Assembly (NCBI GenBank): GCA_017626015.1
Contig: JAGAJO010000004.1
Location: forward strand, 46,713 to 110,712
Direction: 5' to 3'
Source of the DNA: Ruminococcus sp.
GTDB taxonomy: Bacteria; Bacillota; Clostridia; Oscillospirales; Ruminococcaceae
DNA length: 64,000 nt
Shown here: positions 16,357 to 24,947 of the stretch, piece by piece
Layout of the letters: every line of letters begins with the position of its first letter
How positions within the stretch are numbered: position 1 is the first letter of the stretch
The notes under the pieces: generated by a model
What the model was told of the DNA's origin: nothing
The model's input: only the letters and a program-made list of their open reading frames with translations
Database searches by the model: none
Translations under genes and position numbers: made by a program

Positions 16357-17142
16357 ATGGCTAGGATATATCCGCTTTTTTCTTCAAGCAGCGGAAACTG
16401 TACATACATAGGCGACGAACACAGCGGCATTCTTATTGACGCAGGAGTTTCCTGCAAGAAGATATGTGACGCTCTTAATAACAACGGACTTTCCCCCGAG
16501 GCTGTTCAGGGAATTTTTGTGACCCACACACACTCGGATCACATTCAGGGACTTAAAGTCCTTACGAAAAAATATAGTATTCCCGTATACGCTCAGCGGA
16601 CCAATCTTAAGATCCTTGCAGATAATGACAAGGTACACAGCCTATGCAGTCTCAATGAAATTGACGGTACGGCTGTGGACCTGGGAGATTTCCGAATTGA
16701 GGGATTTGAAACTCCCCATGATACGCCTGCAAGCTGCGGATATAAGGTAACACTGTCCGACGGAAAGGTCTGCGCAGTCTGTACAGACTTAGGATACGTT
16801 ACTCCGGAAATTTCACAAACGCTGGTCAGCTGTGATCTGGTGGTGCTTGAATCAAACTATGACGTACAAATGCTGAAAAACGGTCCGTACCCTTATGAAC
16901 TGAAAAAACGTATTGCCTCCGATCACGGACATCTTTCAAATTCCGACTGCGGCGAACAGCTTTGCGACCTTATGGATAACGGCGTGTGCAGGTTTATTCT
17001 GGGGCATTTAAGTCAGCACAACAATACCCCACAAACTGCGGAACAGTCCGCAGTAAAGGCTCTTGAAAAATTCAGACGCAACAAGGATTATATCCTCTAT
17101 GTGGCAAGACCCGAGGGGGCAGGAATGGTGGTGGCATTTTGA
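16357..17142 (+). CDS. MBL-fold metallo-hydrolase (YycJ-like)
   Basis: HTHSDH metal-binding motif. Start moved to ATG 16357 (GGAGG 7 nt upstream). Confidence 0.8.
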   Translation: MARIYPLFSSSSGNCTYIGDEHSGILIDAGVSCKKICDALNNNGLSPEAVQGIFVTHTHSDHIQGLKVLTKKYSIPVYAQRTNLKILADNDKVHSLCSLNEIDGTAVDLGDFRIEGFETPHDTPASCGYKVTLSDGKVCAVCTDLGYVTPEISQTLVSCDLVVLESNYDVQMLKNGPYPYELKKRIASDHGHLSNSDCGEQLCDLMDNGVCRFILGHLSQHNNTPQTAEQSAVKALEKFRRNKDYILYVARPEGAGMVVAF

Positions 17143-17624
17143 TAAAAATAAACCTCGTCACTGTCGGCAAGCTGAAGGAAAAATACTGGCGGGACGCAGT
17201 TTCGGAGTATTCCAAACGCTTATCAGCATTCTGTAAGCTGGAGATGATCGAGCTGAACGAGTACAGATTATCGGACAGCCCCTCGGAAAAGGAGATACTT
17301 TCAGCCCTTGAAAGCGAGGGAACGGCTATGGCGAAATACACCGACGGAAACGGAGTATACAACATTGCGTTGTGCATAGAGGGCAAGCAGATCTCCAGCG
17401 AGGAGCTGTCCGCCAAAATGGAGGAATGCGGCACCCGGGGATATTCCACCATAAATTTCATTATCGGCTCGTCCTTTGGGATAGCCCAGTCCGTAAAGAA
17501 AAAATGTGATCTTAAGCTGTCAATGTCCAGAATGACATTCCCCCACCAGCTTGCAAGAGTCGTGCTTCTGGAACAGATCTACAGGGGATTTCAGATCTCA
17601 AATCATTCTAAGTATCATAAATAA
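17139..17624 (+). CDS. rlmH: 23S rRNA (pseudouridine1915-N3)-methyltransferase RlmH
   Basis: 161 aa; VGKLKEKYW...IGSSFG...LSMSRMTFPHQLARVVLLEQIYR is the SPOUT RlmH pattern. TTG start overlaps the preceding stop. Confidence 0.9.
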   Translation: MIKINLVTVGKLKEKYWRDAVSEYSKRLSAFCKLEMIELNEYRLSDSPSEKEILSALESEGTAMAKYTDGNGVYNIALCIEGKQISSEELSAKMEECGTRGYSTINFIIGSSFGIAQSVKKKCDLKLSMSRMTFPHQLARVVLLEQIYRGFQISNHSKYHK

Positions 17625-17660
17625 TTACAGGAAATACTTCCGACTATCAGGTATTGACTT

Positions 17661-17750
17661 AATGTATCTCTCCCCGCCTTCGGCGGGGAGAGATACATCT
17701 AAATACGTTATCTGCGAGACAGTGAATTTTAAATCAGCAGCGCTTCCTTA
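17661..17750 (+). repeat. family-2 intergenic repeat, copy a (contains a 17-bp C(UUCG)G hairpin)
   Basis: Shares AATGTATCTCTCCCCGC and AATACGTTATCTGCGAGACAGTGAATTTTAAA with 36660-36720. Perfect hairpin ATGTATCTCTCCCCGCC-ttcg-GGCGGGGAGAGATACAT at 17662-17698. Confidence 0.7.
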
Positions 17751-17773
17751 GTTTGATACCTATAAAAAAGTTT

Positions 17774-17809
17774 AACCCCGAAGCAATTATTGATAACTGC
17801 TTCGGGGTT
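17774..17809 (-). terminator. terminator of the P-loop gene
   Basis: Perfect 12-bp stem AACCCCGAAGCA/TGCTTCGGGGTT, followed on the minus strand by aaacTTTTTT. Confidence 0.6.
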
Positions 17810-17858
17810 ATTGTTAATATTCGATTGCTCGCATAAATCAGAATTTATCTCACTATTT

Positions 17859-18374
17859 TTACAGATCAATATCAACTTGATAGTTTTCATCAATGAGAAG
17901 ATACTCCACTCCATATTTTTTGCATCGTTCCAGCATTCGGGCATTGTTTTTATGCATTATTTCCTGTGTAAAGCCCTCATCCTCTCCACGATTTTCAATT
18001 ACACTTGCATACTTAGTGATATTATCAAAATGTGTTTCAATGTATTTATCGCTCATTATCAGACAATAAAATCTTATTTTATTCAGATATTCATTTTCAA
18101 AATCTTTCGCCCAATCAAAAGGAATATAACAGCCTTCGACCACAAGATTTTGTTTGTTTTCAATTGCAGTCTTGACTATTTCTCGTACTATCTGCCACAA
18201 ATAACAAGTTAAATCATCTTCATCACTCGTTGGAGTAAGAGTAGTATTTCCACTGCGAATAAGCCCCATCTTCAAATGATCTATGGATAGATATGGATAT
18301 TTATATTTTTCAAGGAGTTTTTGCGCAAGCATTGTTTTACCTGTATGAGTCGCACCAGTTATTAAAATAATCAT
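17859..18374 (-). CDS. P-loop NTPase / small-molecule kinase-like protein (171 aa)
   Basis: Walker A GATHTGKT at residues 7-14; size and layout resemble AAA_33/adenylate-kinase-like proteins. Strongly AT-rich relative to its neighbours. Confidence 0.55.
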   Translation of the reverse strand: MIILITGATHTGKTMLAQKLLEKYKYPYLSIDHLKMGLIRSGNTTLTPTSDEDDLTCYLWQIVREIVKTAIENKQNLVVEGCYIPFDWAKDFENEYLNKIRFYCLIMSDKYIETHFDNITKYASVIENRGEDEGFTQEIMHKNNARMLERCKKYGVEYLLIDENYQVDIDL

Positions 18375-18474
18375 TTTTTCTCCAACCGTCCTAATTGATA
18401 ACTTACGATTTATCTTAGTAATAATTATACATCAAAGCCTTTACACTGTCAACAGGAACTTCATATTAACACTG

Positions 18475-18510
18475 AAAAAATGAGAGGACGCCGCAATGGT
18501 ATCCTCTCAT
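18475..18510 (-). terminator. rho-independent terminator of gpmI
   Basis: 9-bp stem ATGAGAGGA/TCCTCTCAT directly after the gpmI stop, followed on the minus strand by TTTTTT. Confidence 0.65.
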
Positions 18511-18518
18511 AAAATGTC

Positions 18519-20039
18519 TTACTTGATTATCGACTTGCCTGTCATTTCCTCAGGCTGTTCAAGACCGAGTATCTTCAGCATTGTGGGTGAAAGATCGGCA
18601 AGAACGCCGCCCTCTCTGAGTTCAACGTTTCCTGCGCCTGCAATGATAAGCGGAACAAGATTTGTGGTGTGAGCTGTGAACGGAGAACCGTCCTCCTCAT
18701 ACATCTTGTCTGCATTGCCGTGATCGGCAGTAACAAGAGCTACGCCGCCCTTTGCAAGTACAGCGTCAACAGTTCTGCCCATGCACTGGTCAACAGCCTC
18801 CACAGCCTTTACAGCCGCCTCGAACACGCCTGTATGACCTACCATATCGCAGTTAGCGTAGTTGAGAATAATTACGTCGTACTTGTCGCTCTCAATTCTC
18901 TTGACTACCTCATCGCATACCAGATATGCGCTCATTTCAGGCTGGAGATCATAGGTCGCTACCTTGGGCGAATTGATAAGCGCTCTGTCCTCATTCTCAA
19001 AGGGAGCTTCAACTCCGCCGTTGTAGAAGAACGTAACGTGAGCGTACTTCTCAGTCTCGGCAATTCTCAGCTGGGAAAGTCCCTTCTTGGCAATGTACTC
19101 GCCGAATGTGTTCACAAGGCTTGTAGGACGGAATGCAATGTCAACGTTAGGCATTGTTACGTCGTACTGCGTCATGCAGACATAGTAAAGCGGAAATCTT
19201 CCGTTTCTTCTCTCAAAGCCCTTAAACTCATCGTCAACAAAGGTCCTTGTGATCTCTCTTGCTCTGTCGGGACGGAAGTTGAAGAATATCACGCTGTCAT
19301 TAGCGGAGATCTTTCCGTTTTCGTCAATAACGGTAGGTACGACAAATTCGTCCGTTACCTCGTCAGCGTAGGACTTTTTGATTGCGTCAACTGCGCTGGT
19401 GTTCTTGTTTCCCTCGCCGTAGACCATAGCGGCGTAAGCCTTTTCAACACGCTCCCAGCGGTTGTCTCTGTCCATAGCGTAGTAACGTCCCATAACGGAG
19501 GCGATCTTACCAACGCCTATCTCAGCCATTTTTCCCTCAAGTTCTGCAACGAAGTCTGCGCCGCTTGTTGGGGGAACGTCTCTGCCGTCCATAAAGCAGT
19601 GAACGTATACCTTTTCAAGTCCCGCTTTTTTGGCAAGCTCCAGCAGACCGTAGAGATGAGAATTATGAGAGTGTACTCCGCCGTCTGACAGCAGACCGAA
19701 AAGGTGCAGATTGCTGTCATTTTTCTTGCAGTTTTCAACTGCCGCATTGAATGCTGTATTGTCGAAGAAATCGCCGTCCTTGATGGACTTTGTAATTCTT
19801 GTCAGCTCCTGATAAACGATTCTTCCTGCGCCGATGTTGGTGTGACCAACCTCGGAGTTACCCATCTGACCGTCGGGAAGACCAACGTTCATACCGCTTG
19901 CGCCGATAAGCGTATGCGGATAATTTGCAAGAAGTCTGTCCAGATTCGGTGTTTTTGCGGCTCTGATAGCGTTACCGTAATCATTGTGATTATAGCCGAA
20001 GCCGTCCATAATAATAAGTGCTACCGGTTTTTTTGACAT
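18519..20039 (-). CDS. gpmI: 2,3-bisphosphoglycerate-independent phosphoglycerate mutase
   Basis: [15 protein letters not shown]...[15 protein letters not shown]...ADHGNAD: full iPGM pattern. ATG 20039 is preferred over the TTG at 20057. Confidence 0.95.
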   Translation of the reverse strand: MSKKPVALIIMDGFGYNHNDYGNAIRAAKTPNLDRLLANYPHTLIGASGMNVGLPDGQMGNSEVGHTNIGAGRIVYQELTRITKSIKDGDFFDNTAFNAAVENCKKNDSNLHLFGLLSDGGVHSHNSHLYGLLELAKKAGLEKVYVHCFMDGRDVPPTSGADFVAELEGKMAEIGVGKIASVMGRYYAMDRDNRWERVEKAYAAMVYGEGNKNTSAVDAIKKSYADEVTDEFVVPTVIDENGKISANDSVIFFNFRPDRAREITRTFVDDEFKGFERRNGRFPLYYVCMTQYDVTMPNVDIAFRPTSLVNTFGEYIAKKGLSQLRIAETEKYAHVTFFYNGGVEAPFENEDRALINSPKVATYDLQPEMSAYLVCDEVVKRIESDKYDVIILNYANCDMVGHTGVFEAAVKAVEAVDQCMGRTVDAVLAKGGVALVTADHGNADKMYEEDGSPFTAHTTNLVPLIIAGAGNVELREGGVLADLSPTMLKILGLEQPEEMTGKSIIK

Positions 20040-20072
20040 AGTTTTTAGTCCTTTCAAATAATTTAAATTCCT

Positions 20073-20573
20073 TTATCCCCAATAACCGTTTTGGGACAGG
20101 TAATCGAGCATATAGCTTTTATAATCGTCTCCCGAATTATCTTCTGTATAGTAGGTATCCTTACCTAACCTTACATAGTTGCCTGCTCCGCTTTCAAAAT
20201 AAAGACCTCCGCCATCGGAAAAGCGTATACTCATCCAGTCACCGCCGATCAACGTTTCCTTTGATTCGGGTTCAACTATCTTGCCGTTTTCTTTTAGCGA
20301 GGTGTAAAATGCGGCTGTCTTTTCCAGAACCTCGCTGTCGGTAAATTCAACGCCTTCGTGGAGCGCTTGGTTGTCCATTCGGACAGTGATGCTTTCAAGC
20401 TGTAATTCCGAGGTATCTTCAGGGCTTTCAGTGGTTTCAGTAGTTTCAGTGGTTTCAGCTGCTGCGGAGCTTGATCCGCCACCGCTGCGGGAGCTGTCAT
20501 TATCAACATTTCCGCAGGAAGCGAGCATAAGAAGCTGTCCAAGGATCAACGCAAAAATAACTGTTTTTTTCAT
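20073..20573 (-). CDS. lipoprotein, unknown function
   Basis: MKKTVIFALILGQLLMLASCGN is a signal peptide plus lipobox (LASC), followed by a Ser/Thr/Glu-rich linker with TET repeats. ATG 20573 chosen (GGGGA 7 nt upstream). Confidence 0.6.
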   Translation of the reverse strand: MKKTVIFALILGQLLMLASCGNVDNDSSRSGGGSSSAAAETTETTETTESPEDTSELQLESITVRMDNQALHEGVEFTDSEVLEKTAAFYTSLKENGKIVEPESKETLIGGDWMSIRFSDGGGLYFESGAGNYVRLGKDTYYTEDNSGDDYKSYMLDYLSQNGYWG

Positions 20574-20602
20574 ATTCATATCCCCTTTCTGAAATTCAGA
20601 CA

Positions 20603-21279
20603 TCACCAATAAAGATAACAAAATCCGATGTCTTCGTTTACGGCATAGTATACCGTTCTGTAATTATTCTTTTTGTAAACATACGCCAGCGTATTTTCGC
20701 AGTCATACCCCTTATCGGAAAGTATATTTTTCAGCTTTGAGCTTTCCTTGCTGTCAATGCTGTACTTTACCGCTCCCAAGCTCTCGGGAAGCTTCTGAAA
20801 CTCCGCTGTTCCCTCGCTGTCGGTGTAAAAGCATATCTCAATATTTCCGTGACTGTCCTGCCCTATTGCGGGGGAACAAAGCTCATTTTGAAATTATCCG
20901 CCTTATCGGGAATTTCATCGGGGAGAAAATCAAACATTCCGCTGTCTGAATAATTACCGCTAATAAAAAGCCATTTTCTCACAGGATACAAAGCCTTTAT
21001 CTCTTTACCAAAACCAAAGATCACAAGCACATAAAGAATTATCATAATGCAAGCCGCTATCCTCAGCACAGCGGATGAAATCCTGCACGCCTTTTCGGGC
21101 AGCAGAGTAAATCCTTTGATCATTACACCAAAACAGACCCCGCCTATAAGCATAACGGGAAACAGGCGGCTATACGCTCCCAAAGACATAAAAGGCAGAA
21201 ACAGCATTAAACCTGTTATAGCTCTGTTTATATGCGTGTTCAGGTCTGTGTGCTTACTCTCCCGAACGGTTATGAGCAT
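20603..21279 (-). pseudogene. membrane protein gene interrupted by a 1-nt frame change at a C5 run
   Basis: ORF 20863..21279 (138 aa, about 3 TM) ends ...FVPPQ*. The -1 frame continues open for about 90 codons with no Met (PAIGQDSHGNIEICFYTDSEG...YAVNEDIGFCYLYW*) down to TGA 20605-20603. The junction is the G5 run at 20870-20874. Confidence 0.55.
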
Positions 21280-21334
21280 ATCTTATTCTCCTATTAAAAA
21301 ACAGGAACAGCCGCAAAGCTGCCCCTGCGGAACA

Positions 21335-21721
21335 TCAAACGTTTTTGCGTTTTTTTATCCGGACTATTAATGCATATATTACAAACTCCGCAACGGAAAT
21401 AACGGCATAGATCAGCCACGGAAAAAGCAGCTTCGAGTCTGTCTCCGCAGACTCTCCGATACCTCTGAACGAGTCAGCAAACAACAGACAAATAAAGGCA
21501 AACGGAACAGCGCATATCAGATTTCCTAAAACGATACCTTTATACAAGCATTTTTTCGCCGCACCGAATATACACACAGCCACATTTGCCGCCAGTAATA
21601 CAAATGCTGTTATGCGAAAGAAATCAAATCCCTCCATTGGGTCTGTTAAAGGAGAAAGTATTACCAACAGCACATAATATGCCGTTGTAAGTCCTCCGTA
21701 TGCATTAATATATATTTCCAT
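21335..21721 (-). CDS. small membrane protein (128 aa, about 4 TM), unknown function
   Basis: ORF track; hydrophobic segments throughout; 20 nt downstream of the tpiA stop. Confidence 0.5.
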   Translation of the reverse strand: MEIYINAYGGLTTAYYVLLVILSPLTDPMEGFDFFRITAFVLLAANVAVCIFGAAKKCLYKGIVLGNLICAVPFAFICLLFADSFRGIGESAETDSKLLFPWLIYAVISVAEFVIYALIVRIKKRKNV

Positions 21722-21741
21722 AGTCTCAAGAAGGTTTTAGT

Positions 21742-22518
21742 TTAGCCCTCAACAGCCGCCTGAACGATCGTGTTGAAGTCCGCCGCCTTAAGAGAAGCGC
21801 CGCCGATAAGTCCGCCGTCTACGTTCTCCTTGGAAAGCAGTTCAGCGCAGTTCTTAGCGTTCATTGAGCCGCCGTACTGAATTGTAACAGCCTGTGCTGT
21901 CTCCTCGTCGTAGATCTTGGCAAGAGTTGCTCTGATGAAAGCGCAAACCTCCTCAGCCTGATCTGCCGTAGCGGTCTTGCCTGTGCCGATCGCCCATACA
22001 GGCTCGTATGCGATAACAGTCTTCTTAACGTCCTCTGCGGAAACGTCAAAGAGGTCAAGCTTGATCTGTCTTGCGATGACCTCCTCTGTGATGTCGCACT
22101 CACGCTCCCAAAGAAGCTCGCCCACGCAAACGATAGGCTTAAGACCTGCGGCAAGAGCAGCCTTTGTTCTCTTGTTGACTGTCTCGTCAGTCTCGCCGAA
22201 ATACTGTCTTCTCTCGGAGTGTCCGATTACAACGTACTCAACGCCAACCTCAACCAGCATATCAGCGGAGATCTCGCCTGTGAACGCTCCGCTCTTTTCA
22301 AAGTGTACGTTCTCAGCTCCGACCTTAACGTTTGAACCTGCTGTAGCGGCAACGGCTGTCTCAAGATTTGTGAAGGGTACGCAGGCAATGACCTCTACCT
22401 TGCCGTCTGCGTTAGCGACCAGCGGCTTGATAGCCTCCAGAAGCTCCTTAGCCTCGGGTCTTGTCTTGTTCATTTTCCAGTTGCCTGCGATAATTGCTTT
22501 TCTTACTGATTTTTTCAT
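21742..22518 (-). CDS. tpiA: triosephosphate isomerase
   Basis: IAGNWKMNKT, VIGHSERR, AYEPVWAIGTG, GGASLK motifs. Confidence 0.95.
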   Translation of the reverse strand: MKKSVRKAIIAGNWKMNKTRPEAKELLEAIKPLVANADGKVEVIACVPFTNLETAVAATAGSNVKVGAENVHFEKSGAFTGEISADMLVEVGVEYVVIGHSERRQYFGETDETVNKRTKAALAAGLKPIVCVGELLWERECDITEEVIARQIKLDLFDVSAEDVKKTVIAYEPVWAIGTGKTATADQAEEVCAFIRATLAKIYDEETAQAVTIQYGGSMNAKNCAELLSKENVDGGLIGGASLKAADFNTIVQAAVEG

Positions 22519-22568
22519 TGTAAAAACTCCTTTGCTATTTTATTTTGATACAAGCTTTTATACCTAAT

Positions 22569-22597
22569 ATTATACAACAATACTCCCACTTTGTCAA
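22569..22597 (-). promoter_or_regulatory. consensus sigma-A promoter of tpiA (TTGACA-17-TATAAT)
   Basis: Minus strand reads gTTGACAaagtgggagtattgttgTATAATatt, about 50 nt upstream of the tpiA ATG. Confidence 0.6.
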
Positions 22598-22623
22598 CAA
22601 ACTCTGAGCATACTGTGCGGAGG

Positions 22624-23172
22624 TCATATTGCCAGCACCACTCCGACTGCTGAAATAAGCAGACCTATCCCCGCAAAGATAATGCCGGTAGGATTCTTTT
22701 CGTCCTCCTCAGCCGCCCGATCTCCGTCAGCTGCGCCGGAAATATCCTGAGCCGTTTCTCCGCTGTCCAGATAATATTCCTGCGGATCGTCAGGATTGTA
22801 TTTTATATTAAGGAACTGCCCCTTTTCGTAGCCGTCGTCGGGTATCATCTGGGTGTACTTTTCCCCGTCTACCTCGTAGCCGATCTTCCACTCAACGAAC
22901 TCGGTTGCCTCTCCGCCGTTAAAAGAAGGCATCTTCGTCTTTTTCCTTTGCAGGACCTTTGCTTTTAACGGCAGGAAATTATCCTCCTTGGGAATATTCT
23001 GCTCCCGCTCGGGCAGGAATTTATATCCTCTGTACACCTTTATCCCGAAGTAAATTATCAGCAGTCCCGTGACTGCCATAATTATACCTATTATCCCCTG
23101 CCATCCGTGGAGAACTCCGGAAAATGCACTGCCTTCACTGTCCTGCGCAAGTATATGTATCAGATCTGTCAT
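22624..23172 (-). CDS. two-TM membrane protein with a central soluble domain, unknown function
   Basis: ORF track 22624..23196 starts at a TTG. ATG 23172 (MTDLIHIL) has GAGGTG 5-6 nt upstream. One TM near each end. Confidence 0.55.
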   Translation of the reverse strand: MTDLIHILAQDSEGSAFSGVLHGWQGIIGIIMAVTGLLIIYFGIKVYRGYKFLPEREQNIPKEDNFLPLKAKVLQRKKTKMPSFNGGEATEFVEWKIGYEVDGEKYTQMIPDDGYEKGQFLNIKYNPDDPQEYYLDSGETAQDISGAADGDRAAEEDEKNPTGIIFAGIGLLISAVGVVLAI

Positions 23173-23185
23173 CTTAACACCTCGC

Positions 23186-23441
23186 TTATATGTCAAAAAT
23201 TAAAAGTGTGTACCTTACCCCATATATCAGCATAAACACGCCGCCTATGCAAAGACCTGCCGCCATCAGTCCTGTGAAAACTCTCGTGCCAACAGTATGA
23301 CAGTATTCCCCCGCATATTCACGCTCGATATCGTCAAGTCCGTCGGAAAAGTCCCATTCCCAGAAGGATCAGAGCTATCACATAGAATGCGATAAGCGAT
23401 CCTCTGTCATAGCTTACGCTGTATGTATACTCCATACTCAC
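23186..23441 (-). pseudogene. small two-TM membrane protein gene split across two frames
   Basis: GGAGG is followed 7 nt later by GTG 23441: VSMEYTYSVSYDRGSLIAFYVIALILLGMGLFRRT* (stop 23336-23334). The overlapping +1 frame is open from about 23360: SFWEWDFSDGLDDIEREYAGEYCHTVGTRVFTGLMAAGLCIGGVFMLIYGVRYTLLIFDI* (stop 23188-23186). Confidence 0.35.
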
Positions 23442-23471
23442 GTTGGTACCTCCTTACAAACCATTTAATTC

Positions 23472-23505
23472 AAAAAAGGCAGGCAAAAATACTGCCTGCC
23501 TTTTT
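23472..23505. terminator. bidirectional terminator after pgk
   Basis: AAAAAA-GGCAGGCA-aaaatac-TGCCTGCC-TTTTT, 12 nt downstream of the pgk stop. Confidence 0.7.
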
Positions 23506-23516
23506 AGCGTTTATGA

Positions 23517-24740
23517 TTACTTGTCAGCAATAACGTCAATGCCGGGAAGAACCTTACCCTCGAGATACTCGAGTGAAGCTCCGCCGCCTGTGGAGATGTG
23601 GCTCATCTTGTCTGCAAAGCCAAGCTGGATAACAGCCGCAGCAGAGTCGCCGCCGCCGATGATCGTTGTAGCGTCAGTCTCGGCAAGAGCCTTTGCAACT
23701 GCGATAGTACCCTTTGCAAGTGTGGGATTCTCAAATACGCCCATAGGACCGTTCCATACTACTGTCTTTGCCGACTTTACTGCATCTGCAAACAGCTCCT
23801 GAGTCTTTGTACCGATGTCAAGACCCTCCATATCAGCAGGAATGCTGTCGGAATCAACGATCTTAACGTCGATCTCGGCGTCGATAGGATCAGGGAAGCC
23901 TGCCGCAACTGTGGTATCGATAGGAAGAAGCAGCTTCTTGCCGAGCTTCTCAGCCTTTTCCATCATTTCCTTGCAGTAGTCGATCTTTGTATCGTCAACA
24001 AGAGACTTTCCTACTTCCTTGCCCTGAGCCTTCAGGAAGGTGTAAGCCATACCGCCGCCGATAATGAGCGTATCGCACTTTTCAAGGAGGTTAGAGATAA
24101 CGTTGAGCTTGTCTGCTACCTTTGCTCCGCCGAGAATAGCAACGAAGGGTCTTACAGGAGTTTCAACTGCATTTCCGAGATAGTTGATCTCCTTCTGCAT
24201 AAGATAGCCGACTGCTGTCTCCTTAACGAACTTTGTAACGCCGGCTGTGGAAGCGTGCGCTCTGTGAGCGGAACCGAAAGCGTCCATAACGAAAACCTCT
24301 CCGCCTACCAGACCTGCAAGCTCCTCTGCAAAAGCCTCGCCGTTCTTGGTTTCCTCTGCACCTCTGAATCTTGTGTTCTCGAGAACAACGATGTCGCCGT
24401 CAGCCATAGCCGCAACAGCAGCCTTTGCGTTTTCGCCAACTACTGTGTCATCAGCAGCGAAAGTTACCTTTGTGTCTGGAAGAAGCTCCTGAAGTCTTGC
24501 AGCTGCGGGAGCCAGCGAGAACTTAGCCTCGGGACCGTTCTTGGGCTTGCCCAGGTGCGAGCAAAGAACTACCTTGCCGCCGTCAGCGATAAGCTTCTTG
24601 ATCGTAGGGAGAGCGGCTGTGATCCTGTTATCGTTAGTGATAACGCCGTCCTTAAGAGGAACATTGAAGTCAACTCTTACAAGGACCTTTTTGCCCTTTA
24701 CATTAATGTCATCAACAGTGACCTTGTTTAAACCTGCCAT
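23517..24740 (-). CDS. pgk: phosphoglycerate kinase
   Basis: [26 protein letters not shown] and the full PGK pattern; 407 aa. Confidence 0.95.
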   Translation of the reverse strand: MAGLNKVTVDDINVKGKKVLVRVDFNVPLKDGVITNDNRITAALPTIKKLIADGGKVVLCSHLGKPKNGPEAKFSLAPAAARLQELLPDTKVTFAADDTVVGENAKAAVAAMADGDIVVLENTRFRGAEETKNGEAFAEELAGLVGGEVFVMDAFGSAHRAHASTAGVTKFVKETAVGYLMQKEINYLGNAVETPVRPFVAILGGAKVADKLNVISNLLEKCDTLIIGGGMAYTFLKAQGKEVGKSLVDDTKIDYCKEMMEKAEKLGKKLLLPIDTTVAAGFPDPIDAEIDVKIVDSDSIPADMEGLDIGTKTQELFADAVKSAKTVVWNGPMGVFENPTLAKGTIAVAKALAETDATTIIGGGDSAAAVIQLGFADKMSHISTGGGASLEYLEGKVLPGIDVIADK

Positions 24741-24822
24741 TTTAAAGACATCCTCTCATTAAATATTTCGGGATTTCCCCGATAGAAAAGTCTGTTGTTA
24801 TAAATTTAACAACCTTACAGTT

Positions 24823-24851
24823 ATTATACAATATTTCCGGAAAAAAATCAA
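24823..24851 (-). promoter_or_regulatory. candidate pgk promoter (TTGATT-17-TATAAT)
   Basis: Minus strand reads cTTGATTtttttccggaaatattgTATAATaac, about 80 nt upstream of the pgk ATG. Confidence 0.5.
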
Positions 24852-24878
24852 GTGCTTTTCCACACTTTTCAACCGGTC

Positions 24879-24947
24879 AATATATCTCTCCACGCCTTTG
24901 GCGGAAAGAAATATATCTGAATACGTTTCTGCGGGTCAGTGTAATTT
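24879..24947 (+). repeat. family-2 intergenic repeat, copy c (diverged)
   Basis: ATATATCTCTCCACGCCtttgGCGGAAAGAAATATATCTGAATACGTTTCTGCGGGTCAGTGTAATTT aligns along its length with copy a (about 80% by eye). It abuts the degV stop codon. Confidence 0.5.

Noticed and set aside
18669-19688. 339-aa plus-strand ORF inside gpmI
   Set aside because: Antisense shadow of a full-length, motif-complete iPGM gene. No RBS and no recognisable domain.
23598-24731. 377-aa plus-strand ORF inside pgk
   Set aside because: Antisense shadow of pgk. Cys/Leu/Ser/Asn-rich nonsense composition.
24741-24822. Inverted repeat GTTGTTA-aattta-TAACAAC and small palindrome in the pgk leader as a CggR-type operator
   Set aside because: It does not resemble the known CggR direct-repeat operator, and no cggR or gap gene is adjacent. 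A 7-bp AT-rich repeat can arise by chance.
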